A DNA stretch of 64,000 bases, from NCBI GenBank assembly GCA_963720265.1, contig CAVRET010000002.1, forward strand, positions 878,069-942,068, in the 5' to 3' direction. Position numbers and translations under genes: made by a program. Positions within the stretch are counted from its first letter, which is position 1. Every line of letters begins with the position of its first letter. This document shows, piece after piece, positions 35,461 to 44,391 of this stretch. The stretch is from an uncultured bacterium. Its GTDB lineage: Bacteria > Patescibacteriota > Saccharimonadia > UBA4664. The notes below the pieces were generated by a model, which saw only the letters and a list, made by a program, of their open reading frames with translations, was not told where the DNA came from and ran no database searches.

Positions 35461-37099
35461 AGAGGCCGACAAGCAGAAACTTAGAGGCGGTTATTACACA
35501 CCTCAACCCATAGCGCGATTTCTGGTAGATTGGGCGTTGAATGGAGGCGAATCCGTGCCCCGCGTTTTAGAGCCAAGTATGGGTGATGGTGCCTTTGTGA
35601 TAGAACTCGCTAGAGCTTTGAGAGATCGAGGTGTTAAGGCGGGACAAATTGGCCCCACTATACACGGCGTCGAGTTATTCCCCGAAGAGATCGAGACTGC
35701 AAAGCAAAGACTCGAAGGGAGTGCCTTTGATTCCAGCTCCTTCAGTTTTTACTCTGGCGACTTTTTTGAAACTTCCAGGACGTATTTGGAAAATCAGAAA
35801 TTTGATATCGTCCTTGGCAACCCTCCATTCATTAGGTACCAAAGTTTTCCAGACGCGCAACGTGACGAAGCGATGTCGCAGCTGTCGGCACTGGGTTTTA
35901 AGCTCAATAAGCTTACGAACGCTTGGCTGTTCTTCTTGCTGAGGAGCATCACCATGATGAAGGACAAAAGCCGTTTAGCAATGGTCATTCCTGCTGAACT
36001 TCTTCAGGTAAAGTACGCTGCCGAAGCGCGAGAATTTATTGCGGAGCATTTTAGTTCAGTTACCGTCGTAACATTTAAGAGTCTGGTCTTCGATGGCATT
36101 CAACAAGAGGTAGTACTTCTGCTGGCCGAGAAAAATCCTGCATCGCCATCTCATGGAATCGACGTAGTTGAAATTGAAAACCTAGTCGCCTTAAAGAATT
36201 TTAAACATGCACTTAAAGATCCGGGGCACCTTAAGCCGATAGAACATCAGACCGACAAGTGGACGCAATACTTCCTGAGTAAAGAGGAGATCCTTCTTTT
36301 ACGGAAGATTAGGGCATTGCAAGGACTTACAGAAATGCGGCAGCTTGCTTCGGTCGACGTGGGTATCGTTACTGGCAACAACAAATTTTTCGTAGTGAGC
36401 CAAGATCAGGCTGAACAACACAATATTCTCAATAGTACGGTGCCTCTGGTCGGAAAGAGCGCAAGCCTGATGGGACTAGATTTCGGTAAAGATAAGTGGA
36501 AGGAGTTAGCCACGCTTGGACTTCCCTCACACCTGCTATTCCTAAAGGATTCTGACCCTGTAGGTGAAAGAGTTAGCGAATACCTTGATCTCGGTATTCA
36601 AGCTGAAGTTCACAAAGGCTACAAATGCAGAATACGTAAGAACTGGTACGTTGTGCCATCAACATGGATTTCTGATGCTTTCCTTCTAAGACAAATCCAC
36701 GGCTTCCCGAAGCTTATCCTAAACTCCGCCGGAGCGGCTTGCACAGATACAATACACAGGGTTCGCTTCGCAGAACACGTAAATCCCAACGCCATGGCAG
36801 TTAGTTTCTTTAATTCACTGACATTCGCAATGTCTGAGGTTATCGGGCGCAGCTACGGCGGCGGGGTGCTAGAGCTCGAGCCGAATGAGGCAGAGGAACT
36901 GTTGATACCATACATGGAAGGCTCAGGCGGCCTGTTTCAGAAGATAGACGGGCTGGTGCGAGCCAGCAAGATCGAAGAGGCTCTCGACATTGTGGATGCC
37001 GCAGTGCTGAGCGCGGGGATAGGGCTAGAGCGAGACGACCTCACCCGAATGAGAGGAATCTGGAGAAAGCTTTCCGCAAGACGTATCGGCAGAAGGTGA
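35444..37099 (+). CDS. N6-adenine DNA methyltransferase (companion methylase of the Type IIG system)
   Basis: Motif I EPSMGDGAFV and motif IV LGNPPFIRYQ. Its start overlaps the Type IIG gene's stop by 17 nt. The arrangement matches Eco57I plus M.Eco57I. Confidence 0.7.
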   Translation: MVVAAEEADKQKLRGGYYTPQPIARFLVDWALNGGESVPRVLEPSMGDGAFVIELARALRDRGVKAGQIGPTIHGVELFPEEIETAKQRLEGSAFDSSSFSFYSGDFFETSRTYLENQKFDIVLGNPPFIRYQSFPDAQRDEAMSQLSALGFKLNKLTNAWLFFLLRSITMMKDKSRLAMVIPAELLQVKYAAEAREFIAEHFSSVTVVTFKSLVFDGIQQEVVLLLAEKNPASPSHGIDVVEIENLVALKNFKHALKDPGHLKPIEHQTDKWTQYFLSKEEILLLRKIRALQGLTEMRQLASVDVGIVTGNNKFFVVSQDQAEQHNILNSTVPLVGKSASLMGLDFGKDKWKELATLGLPSHLLFLKDSDPVGERVSEYLDLGIQAEVHKGYKCRIRKNWYVVPSTWISDAFLLRQIHGFPKLILNSAGAACTDTIHRVRFAEHVNPNAMAVSFFNSLTFAMSEVIGRSYGGGVLELEPNEAEELLIPYMEGSGGLFQKIDGLVRASKIEEALDIVDAAVLSAGIGLERDDLTRMRGIWRKLSARRIGRR

Positions 37100-37108
37100 A
37101 CAGACCGA

Positions 37109-37447
37109 CTAGGATTTCCGAACCTGACCTTTTCGCAACCTCTTCACTAAGTGGTTTACTTCGGCAACGTTAACTTCTGTTGTCTTCCATCCTTGGGGGG
37201 TCAGCTCCCAGCGAGCAGTGCCTGTGGATTTAATCAAACCATACATTCGCAGATATGTCCTTGCCCAGGAGGCGCGGTAGGATAGCTTTGTTGCCTTATC
37301 CTTGTGAATCTCTTGCCGCTGAGCCTCAGTTAGGCCCATTAGATCAGCTATTTCAGCGTTAATCTCGGCGTTGACGCCAGAACCACCAAGCTCCTTAAGT
37401 GATTGGATGGTGGGGTTGAACATCTCAAAATATTGGGGCACTGCCAT
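37109..37447 (-). CDS. stand-alone Mrr_N-like winged-helix protein (112 aa)
   Basis: MAVPQYFEMFNPTIQSLKELGGSGVNAEINAEIADLMGLTEAQRQEIHKDKATKLSYRASWARTYLRMYGLIKSTGTARWELTPQGW follows the Mrr N-terminal domain pattern (conserved W-A-RTYL...GLI...G.W.LT..G). Confidence 0.55.
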   Translation of the reverse strand: MAVPQYFEMFNPTIQSLKELGGSGVNAEINAEIADLMGLTEAQRQEIHKDKATKLSYRASWARTYLRMYGLIKSTGTARWELTPQGWKTTEVNVAEVNHLVKRLRKGQVRKS

Positions 37448-37544
37448 CTGGAGTATTCGTTACAAGCGTTATTATGCATGCGCATGCAAAATTGAGCAAA
37501 CACGAAGTCACCAGGAAGAGCAGTGCGATTGCGTCATAAGTGGT

Positions 37545-38393
37545 TTACTGAGACGAAGCTAATCTGCTCGTTGCACGTGCCTCCATCTTGTCTCCGGTTA
37601 TTTCGGATGTATAGTACCGACCACTAAGCAAGTTCAAAACACCATCAAGAGATTTGGTAGTGTTTACGACCAATTTCCCACTTGTATTCGTTTCGACGCC
37701 ACACTCAGGATATCGCGTAGCGTATTGCCGTATTTTTTCTTGGGTTTCTTCGTCGTCTAGGTTAATTGATTCGTCTGCGAGAATTGCAGCGATACGGCGA
37801 GAGGCCCTCATACCGATTCGGCCTATGTCTAAGCCGTTGCTGTCAAATAGGCTATAGTTGGCAAATTTCTCCTTGTCCTCTCTTGTGGCTTCTTTGAAAA
37901 AGTCTTCGATCCCAGCAAATAATGTCCTGATTTTTGAGAAGTTTCTAAAATATAGTCGGCCATTCCCGTCATAATATGTATCTACTAAACCCGTGAACTC
38001 TATGGCATGTTCCTCTTTGTCCATCTTAGGGGTGCCACTAAAGTTCAAGAAACGCTTGTTTTCAATCCGGTATTTTCCTGTGATCTTCGTGAAGAGTATC
38101 TCATTATCACGGATTAGGAACACAACGTCGACTTCGTTATAGTCCTGCCGGCTAACTCGATTTTGGTCACCACTGCTCTCGGCGCTTTCGTAGTACGGGC
38201 CCATCATACTATTCTGCTGCTCGGTATCTAAGTCTACGTAATACCATTCATCTGCCTCAAGTCCCTGCTCCGGATCGAAGTTACGCAACCTAGTGAGGTC
38301 CTCCGGAGCTCGGTAAAAATTCAACTCGCTTATGTCATTGGCGTCGCTGAAAACAACTTTGAAGCTTTTAGATTTTAGCTTAGCAAGAAACAT
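37545..38393 (-). CDS. hypothetical cytoplasmic protein (282 aa); candidate KwaB-like partner
   Basis: ORF track. AT-rich. It starts 4 nt after the upstream 4-TM gene. No motif recognised. Confidence 0.45.
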   Translation of the reverse strand: MFLAKLKSKSFKVVFSDANDISELNFYRAPEDLTRLRNFDPEQGLEADEWYYVDLDTEQQNSMMGPYYESAESSGDQNRVSRQDYNEVDVVFLIRDNEILFTKITGKYRIENKRFLNFSGTPKMDKEEHAIEFTGLVDTYYDGNGRLYFRNFSKIRTLFAGIEDFFKEATREDKEKFANYSLFDSNGLDIGRIGMRASRRIAAILADESINLDDEETQEKIRQYATRYPECGVETNTSGKLVVNTTKSLDGVLNLLSGRYYTSEITGDKMEARATSRLASSQ

Positions 38394-38397
38394 TGCA

Positions 38398-38970
38398 CTA
38401 TTTTACCTCCAGGAAGGTGTATTCATTGATTCGGCGAAGCCCATTGAACTGCTGAGATTGCTTTAAATCTTGCCGTTTCGTTATCAATGTAAATGTGTTC
38501 TCCTGAGCAGTTTTAGCCTCATAGAACCTGAAGCCAAACAGAATCCAGATTGGGTTAAAATAAAACACTCTTTCGAAGTAGCCCCACAGAATGAGCAGGA
38601 CGGCGAGGACTACGAATGATTGTGCAATTTTGTCGTCCTTTAGACCGAGTGCAATTACGAAAAGTCCAATATATGTGGGCATTGCTGTACTTTCGATGGG
38701 TTTTATCTCCCGAACATCGAGCGTGTCGCCAGATTTGAATACGCTCGAGGCAATTTTCAGTGTAACCCAGGAAAATATAACGAAGATTACTGTTAGAAAA
38801 ACGATTTTGGCAACATAGCCCTCCCAGTTTGCCTGAAAACTGGGAGGCAATGACGCATAAGGGACATCAAACGGAGTCACAATCAGAAAAAAATAAATCA
38901 CGCCGAGGAACGAGCTCAAGGTGAGCAGGCGTTTTGTTAGCAATTCGATTAGAGCAAGTACAGTGCTCAC
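38398..38970 (-). CDS. 4-TM small membrane protein (190 aa); candidate KwaA-like
   Basis: Four hydrophobic segments (LGVIYFFLIVTP, IVFLTVIFVIFSWVTL, YIGLFVIALGL and FVVLAVLLILWGYF) are followed by a cytoplasmic tail. Confidence 0.5.
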   Translation of the reverse strand: MSTVLALIELLTKRLLTLSSFLGVIYFFLIVTPFDVPYASLPPSFQANWEGYVAKIVFLTVIFVIFSWVTLKIASSVFKSGDTLDVREIKPIESTAMPTYIGLFVIALGLKDDKIAQSFVVLAVLLILWGYFERVFYFNPIWILFGFRFYEAKTAQENTFTLITKRQDLKQSQQFNGLRRINEYTFLEVK

Positions 38971-39190
38971 CCCACCCTGCCCCTCTGCCTTGGTTCGATA
39001 TGCTTCTTCATTTCGCTACTATAAGGCATTTACCTCTCCCCTGTCTTCCCATCGTAAGGACAGCTCTGGGGCCATCAATGTCGTTCTGCCGTGGGGAGCT
39101 CCACATTGACGGCCAGCCCGCGCTGTCCTTGCCCTTGGGCCAGGGCGAGAGGTCGACTCGGCCGGAGTTAATAAGAAAGGAGTGTGTGAT

Positions 39191-39511
39191 ATGGAGACTC
39201 AAACAGAGCAACGGAAGATGATCGCGGAGTTAAATGATGCGTTTCGGCGCGGAGGGTTTGGTGTGACGGTGACGCAAGGAGTGAGGGCAATTGAGGACTT
39301 GCCGGGGTTGATGCGGGCGGTGAGGGCGTTTGATACGTTTACCGAGGATAACGATCCGTACGGTGAACACGATTTCGGCAGCATCGTTTGGCATGACGAG
39401 ACGGTGCTGTGGAAGGTAGATTACTACGACCGGGCGCTGAAAGGGGGTGAGAATCCGCTGTCACGGCATTGCCGGCGGGTGCTGACGGTGATGTTGGCCG
39501 AAGAGTATTAG
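39191..39511 (+). CDS. DUF3768-like protein (107 aa)
   Basis: AAAGGAG lies 8 nt before the ATG at 39191. The motif FDTFTEDNDPYGEHDFG matches my recollection of the DUF3768 conserved core found on conjugative plasmids and ICEs. Confidence 0.45.
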   Translation: METQTEQRKMIAELNDAFRRGGFGVTVTQGVRAIEDLPGLMRAVRAFDTFTEDNDPYGEHDFGSIVWHDETVLWKVDYYDRALKGGENPLSRHCRRVLTVMLAEEY

Positions 39512-39526
39512 AGAAGGGCCCGGAGC

Positions 39527-39961
39527 TTACGAGGCTTCCGGGCCTTTTTCTTGGGTCGAAGGAAATTCCGCTATGCCGCCGCCGCCTTGCGCGACCAATA
39601 GCCTATTTGAACCCTCAAACGTCCACGCTTCGTAGCCTGAGGAAGAAATGTATATCTCGAGCTCATTCTTGTTGCCAAACGTGATTCTAACGTCACCAAG
39701 GGCCTCAATGATTGCAGTCGTCACTTTACCGCCAAGCAGCTTTTTTGCATCAACCGCTGCGTCAATTGGCTCAGGCATACCAAACTTCTGGCTATGATCC
39801 ATGTCGCAGAGCAATACTTGTCCATTGCCAGTTATGCGCCAAAACGATGCAACCCTAAATTGGTTTCCAGAATCAAACTTGAAAATCCAATCGCGCGTCT
39901 GCTCGCCGTATGTTATTACCTCCAGACTGGATCCGATAATTTCCGAGATTAGGCTCTTCAT
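39527..39961 (-). CDS. hypothetical protein (144 aa)
   Basis: ORF track. It overlaps the upstream gene's stop (39958..39961). Confidence 0.4.
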   Translation of the reverse strand: MKSLISEIIGSSLEVITYGEQTRDWIFKFDSGNQFRVASFWRITGNGQVLLCDMDHSQKFGMPEPIDAAVDAKKLLGGKVTTAIIEALGDVRITFGNKNELEIYISSSGYEAWTFEGSNRLLVAQGGGGIAEFPSTQEKGPEAS

Positions 39962-40713
39962 TGGCTAATTGTAGCAAATGCCGGGACCAACTGGCCGAGG
40001 GCTACCACCTTGAAATGGATGTCGTCCTCGAACGTATTCTCAAGCTCAGCGGCGGCAAATCGCTGGAGGCGACGGCGCAAGTTGTCGGATTCGCAGATCA
40101 GTAGCACGGTTGGCAGTTTGGTGTGGGTGGCCGCCTCCCACTCCCCTTCTTCGGCGTACTCAATGTACTCTTGGATGCGCTTTTTGTGCTGGAAGCTGGG
40201 AGTGGCCTCGAGGCAGATCTCGAGGAAGTACTGCCTTTCCTGGTTGCCCTTGCCGATACGGGAATAGGCGTCCGGGCGGGATTCGGGGAAGTCCTCATAA
40301 TGGTAGAGCTCTGCCTTGGTGAAGAATTCCAGTCGGTCACCGAAACGCCGTTCGAGCTCAACGTTAGCGTCCCCGGCCATCAGGCAGCGGCGGATGAAGG
40401 GCTCCTGGGCGTCTTTATCCTTGTACATGTTGTGCAGGACGGACTTGCTGACATCCGGGTCGAATTGTTTGAGGGCCTTCATGCCGGCCGGCAGCAGGTA
40501 GTACGAAGCGGGAAGTCCAGCAAGCCTTTGGGATCCGTCGTAGTTGCGGCCGATAAGACCTTTCTCAACTAACGAGTTTAGTCTTGGCTGGACATTGCTG
40601 ATGTGTTTGATCCCTAAGGCTTGCTGGACGTGTTTGGTACTGATGAACCGGAATCGGTAGATTAGGGTGAGGATTGTTTGTTGTTGTTTTGTGAGTGGTT
40701 GTGTTTTGTTCAT
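39958..40713 (-). CDS. replication-relaxation family protein (251 aa), paralog of 17304..18179
   Basis: LTKQQQTILTLIYRFRFISTKHVQQALGIKHISNVQPRLNSLVEKGLIG aligns with the N-terminus of the element-1 protein. Confidence 0.5.
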   Translation of the reverse strand: MNKTQPLTKQQQTILTLIYRFRFISTKHVQQALGIKHISNVQPRLNSLVEKGLIGRNYDGSQRLAGLPASYYLLPAGMKALKQFDPDVSKSVLHNMYKDKDAQEPFIRRCLMAGDANVELERRFGDRLEFFTKAELYHYEDFPESRPDAYSRIGKGNQERQYFLEICLEATPSFQHKKRIQEYIEYAEEGEWEAATHTKLPTVLLICESDNLRRRLQRFAAAELENTFEDDIHFKVVALGQLVPAFATISQ

Positions 40714-40807
40714 AGCGAATGCGCATATACGTAAGTATATAGGAGGGAGACTGTTTTGGTGCCTTCACATCTGGCGCAGGATAGCATAAAAGCATAAACC
40801 GATTTAT

Positions 40808-43432
40808 TCACTTGGCCACCTTGTGCTTCTTCTGCGGCCGGCGGTCTTCGGGTTTGCGGTCCGGGTCTTTTTCGGCCGGTTTGTCCTTGGGCTGCGAGGA
40901 TGGCTGACTAGTTGATGGGGGTGCCGGCTTGCGGCTGTAGTGCTCACGCGAGTAATCGACTACGCGCCGCGCCACTGAGTCACTCCCCTCTTCCGGCGGC
41001 AGGATAGTTTCGCCCGAGAATGGTTCCTGGGTCTTGATACCGGCGATGCGCATGTAGAAGTTGTACGCCGGGAGGTTTGCGATCTCGCCGGCATCGATGT
41101 AGGGCGCGAAGAACGGCAGCAGGAGCTTCTCGTCGGCCGGGTTGCCGGTACGGAAGCAGACGAGCGTGCCGACGTTGGCCAGGATGACCTGTACCATGAG
41201 CTGGTCTTTTTGCTGGGAGGTGGATTGCTCGGCCAGAGTCATGTATAGGCGGTACTTTCTGGCTTCGGATAGCATTTGGACAAACGAGGCGGTGGCGAAA
41301 TTCTGGAACTCGTCAACATACAGATAGAATGGCCGGCGGTCTTCTTGAAGAATTCGGGCGCGGCGGAGTGCTGCCATTTGCAGTTTGGCCAATACAGTTA
41401 TTCCGAAAAGCTCGGAAGTATCTTCACCTAGCAAGCCTTTGGAGAAGTTGCAGACCAGGACTTTGCCGGAATTCATGATGTCGTCGAAGTCGATGGTGGA
41501 TTTGGGCTGTTCGAGGATGCGCTTGGCGGAGGCCGAGAACAAGAAGCGGCCGATCTTGGCGGTGATGCCGGCGGCCATCTTGACTCGCTGGAAGTTGCCG
41601 GCCTTGCCTAGCTCGTTTTGCCAGAAGTTTTTAAGGTCTTTATCTTGGAGCTTGGAGACGACTTGCTTGCGGTACCTGGGATCGTTCAGGAGGTCAAAGA
41701 CCGTGAACAGGGTTGCGCCCTGCTGGGTTAGCGCCGTCTGGACGGCGTTTCGGAGCACATATTCAATCCGGTGGCCGCCTTCGTCTTCTTCCGAGAAGAT
41801 TTTGCGGAATACGGATATGGTCGCTTCCGTCACCAGGTCCTTTTCGCGCAAGAGTTCATCGTCCGTTAAGCCCTCCCGCAGCTCAAGTAGATTGAGGCCG
41901 ATAGGGTGGCCGAGGTCGTCGGGGCTGAAATATATAACGTCTTTTACTCGCTCTTCCGGGATATGGCTGATGAGCGTTTCCGCCGCATCGCCGTGCGGGT
42001 CGATGAACGCAAAGCCCTTCCCCTTATGAGCATCCTGAATCATGGCCCCAAGCATCAAGGTGGTTTTACCGTTACCGGTACCGCCGATGATGTAGGCATG
42101 CCGCTCGCGATCTTTGGCGGTGAGGCCAATTTCGGTGGCGGTTCCATGATGGTGGTTAACCCCTATCGGTATGACGAATTCGTTGGCATCGGCATACTGC
42201 TTAAGGAGGAGAGGCGCGGGAAGCGTTCTGCTATGTGACTTAACCAAATTTTCGGTCTGAGAGCTATCGGCATACGGGAAGTGGTAAAGGTCTCCCATTT
42301 CTGACGCCGCCAGCACGCTAGAACGCCACATTAGAATTGACGGCAGACGGTGCCGGAATTTGAACAAACTGTATCTTTGCCAAAGTCTGCGGGGAAATGT
42401 CCGACCAACTCCAAGGCTCTGGTAACCCGGCATCCTCAGCGGGGCCAGTGACGCGTAGAGCGCGGCGATCTTCTTGTACCGGCTGTACTGGCTCGATGCG
42501 GCAACATAGCCCCTGATATCTGCCCGAAAAAGATCATGCCCTAGCTTTTCAAGCATCCTGTCGTGTATGCGCTGCTGGGCGGCAGTTCTTTCGTCGTTGG
42601 CTGCTGATTTCTGGCTGGGACGAGGTGATGGAAGGTCCATACCCGCTACCGCTGCGATCAGGCCTACAATGAAGGCTAGGAATAGAAATGCAGCTAGCAG
42701 TGCCAAGCCAACGGCAACTAGCACAATGAGCAGCGTAGTAGCGAGGAAGTAACGCCTGAACTTATGCTCTAGGAGCGGGCTCGATCCTCTGAGCAGCTTT
42801 TTATGAACCTTACGGGCCTCCCGGCCGAAGTACGGCGTGAGCACCACCTGAAGCGCCACGGTCTCGCCTGGTTCTAGTTTGGTCATGGCGCCGGCGATGT
42901 AAGCTATTGGGTCATGCTGGCCGAGCGAGTCTTGGGCGTTCAGTGGGTGCGCAAAGTGACGATTTTGGCTGTACTCGAGCACCCGGACATACGGCGCAGC
43001 CTGATCCGATACGCTGTACGGAGGCTCTTTTACCACCTGAAAGCGTGCGTTGGGGAGGTAGGCTGCCAAGCTCTGCTGCAATACAGCAATGTCTGCCTGG
43101 TGAACTTGAATCAAGTAACGGATGCCGTGCTCTCGGGTGGACAGTACTTCAAGTGAGACTATCTGGCTGCGATTCAAGAGTCGGTCGCGCCAGGATCGCC
43201 ACGAAGTGATGCTATGCAGTACGGCGAACAAGTGTTTCGTTGCAAGCGGGCTTTTATCTGAGAAGGCCGGCGGCGTAACTTCGAGGAAGACTAGATTTCG
43301 CTGAAGATTGCGCCGGAGATTGAGTAGGCGGATCGCTAGGTCGAGCAGGATGAAGAATACAAGCAAAACGACCGCCACCAGTAGCCAGTGGCGCAAGAGT
43401 AGCTCTCGCAAAAGCTCGATATTCCGCTGCAT
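40808..43432 (-). CDS. TraD/TraG/VirD4-like coupling-protein family P-loop ATPase with N-terminal TM segments (874 aa)
   Basis: N-terminal hydrophobic helices, Walker A YIIGGTGNGKTT and Walker B FYLYVDEFQNF. It is paralogous to 14997..17303. Confidence 0.7.
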   Translation of the reverse strand: MQRNIELLRELLLRHWLLVAVVLLVFFILLDLAIRLLNLRRNLQRNLVFLEVTPPAFSDKSPLATKHLFAVLHSITSWRSWRDRLLNRSQIVSLEVLSTREHGIRYLIQVHQADIAVLQQSLAAYLPNARFQVVKEPPYSVSDQAAPYVRVLEYSQNRHFAHPLNAQDSLGQHDPIAYIAGAMTKLEPGETVALQVVLTPYFGREARKVHKKLLRGSSPLLEHKFRRYFLATTLLIVLVAVGLALLAAFLFLAFIVGLIAAVAGMDLPSPRPSQKSAANDERTAAQQRIHDRMLEKLGHDLFRADIRGYVAASSQYSRYKKIAALYASLAPLRMPGYQSLGVGRTFPRRLWQRYSLFKFRHRLPSILMWRSSVLAASEMGDLYHFPYADSSQTENLVKSHSRTLPAPLLLKQYADANEFVIPIGVNHHHGTATEIGLTAKDRERHAYIIGGTGNGKTTLMLGAMIQDAHKGKGFAFIDPHGDAAETLISHIPEERVKDVIYFSPDDLGHPIGLNLLELREGLTDDELLREKDLVTEATISVFRKIFSEEDEGGHRIEYVLRNAVQTALTQQGATLFTVFDLLNDPRYRKQVVSKLQDKDLKNFWQNELGKAGNFQRVKMAAGITAKIGRFLFSASAKRILEQPKSTIDFDDIMNSGKVLVCNFSKGLLGEDTSELFGITVLAKLQMAALRRARILQEDRRPFYLYVDEFQNFATASFVQMLSEARKYRLYMTLAEQSTSQQKDQLMVQVILANVGTLVCFRTGNPADEKLLLPFFAPYIDAGEIANLPAYNFYMRIAGIKTQEPFSGETILPPEEGSDSVARRVVDYSREHYSRKPAPPSTSQPSSQPKDKPAEKDPDRKPEDRRPQKKHKVAK

Positions 43433-43530
43433 AATCGCAAAATCACCTTACAGATTTGTAGCACAATGCTAACGGATAGCGAACGCGACGACAAATATTA
43501 AAACTCACACCATGTATCCAGACACGAAGA

Positions 43531-43552
43531 TGGACCCTGGTTTCCCAGGGTC
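43531..43552. terminator. perfect hairpin GGACCCTGG-tttc-CCAGGGTCC between the 162-aa gene and the TraD-like gene
   Basis: Read directly from the sequence. On the minus-strand transcript it is followed by a moderately U-rich stretch. Confidence 0.4.
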
Positions 43553-43595
43553 CACTCGCTAGTGCTTGTTCCTTCTGTCCCTCCTGCCGCGGGGG

Positions 43596-44084
43596 CTAGG
43601 CCGCCTTGGTCGTGATGGCCGTCGCATCCCGGAAGATGAGGTCGTGGCACTCCGGGAAGTTGAAGCTCGACGGCCGGTCGTCGCGCATCATCCGGTAGAG
43701 CCGCTCCACCATCTCGGGCCAGTGCGGGAAGGCCCGCATGTACCGGGCAACCTCTTCGGCGAAGGGGTTGGAGGTGTGGCCGCTGTGCAGCATGACCAGG
43801 ACGGCGTTCGACGAGTAGCGGTGCGCGGCGGCCTGGGCGGCCGCGATGCCGGTGTAGCGCCGGCTGATGCGGCCCCGGGGGCCAACGTAGAGGTAAACGC
43901 CCCAATACTCGTCCAGCAGGGCGTTGATGATGGGGCGGGCGGCGCGGTAGTCGAACTCGCGCAGGCTCTTGCCGTGCTTGGTCATCAGGATCTTGAGGAT
44001 CTGCAGCCAGACATCGCGGCGGCCGTGCTGGATGACGGCCGGGCGGGCGATGTCGGAAGTGATCCATTCCGGGCTGTCGGCCAT
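43596..44084 (-). CDS. hypothetical protein (162 aa), markedly high GC (mid 60s %)
   Basis: The minus-strand reading is protein-like (MADSPEWITSDIARPAVIQHGRRDVWLQILK...). The overlapping plus-strand and alternative-frame ORFs look like GC-rich artefacts. Confidence 0.4.
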   Translation of the reverse strand: MADSPEWITSDIARPAVIQHGRRDVWLQILKILMTKHGKSLREFDYRAARPIINALLDEYWGVYLYVGPRGRISRRYTGIAAAQAAAHRYSSNAVLVMLHSGHTSNPFAEEVARYMRAFPHWPEMVERLYRMMRDDRPSSFNFPECHDLIFRDATAITTKAA

Positions 44085-44391
44085 GGAGATCTCCTGTTTC
44101 TGCCGGGTCGAAGGGGTCGGGTTGTAAAGCGTTCTAGCAATGAGAATTACTAACTTCTCAGGAGTTAATTATAGCATAAATTGCCGCTTTACACAAGTCT
44201 CGGAGCAGGCTGGGCTTCGATGACTGAGTTTTTACGCGCGTTTTTTTTGATTGTAGAGCCATTTCTTGATTGGATAGCCACAATACTAAACCGAGGTGGG
44301 CATAGGAGACACTTGTGCCTACTGATTTTGTGACATCTGAGCAAATGCGATCATTCCAGTATATTTATGGCTCGCCCGCATCAACATACAC

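Noticed and set aside
43498-44153. Alternative ORFs 43498..44067 (minus), 43566..44153 (plus) and 43688..43885 (minus) in the high-GC segment
   Set aside because: Their translations are Pro/Arg/Gly/Ala-rich low-complexity strings, characteristic of off-frame reading of GC-rich coding DNA. The 43596..44084 minus frame gives a balanced, protein-like sequence and was kept.
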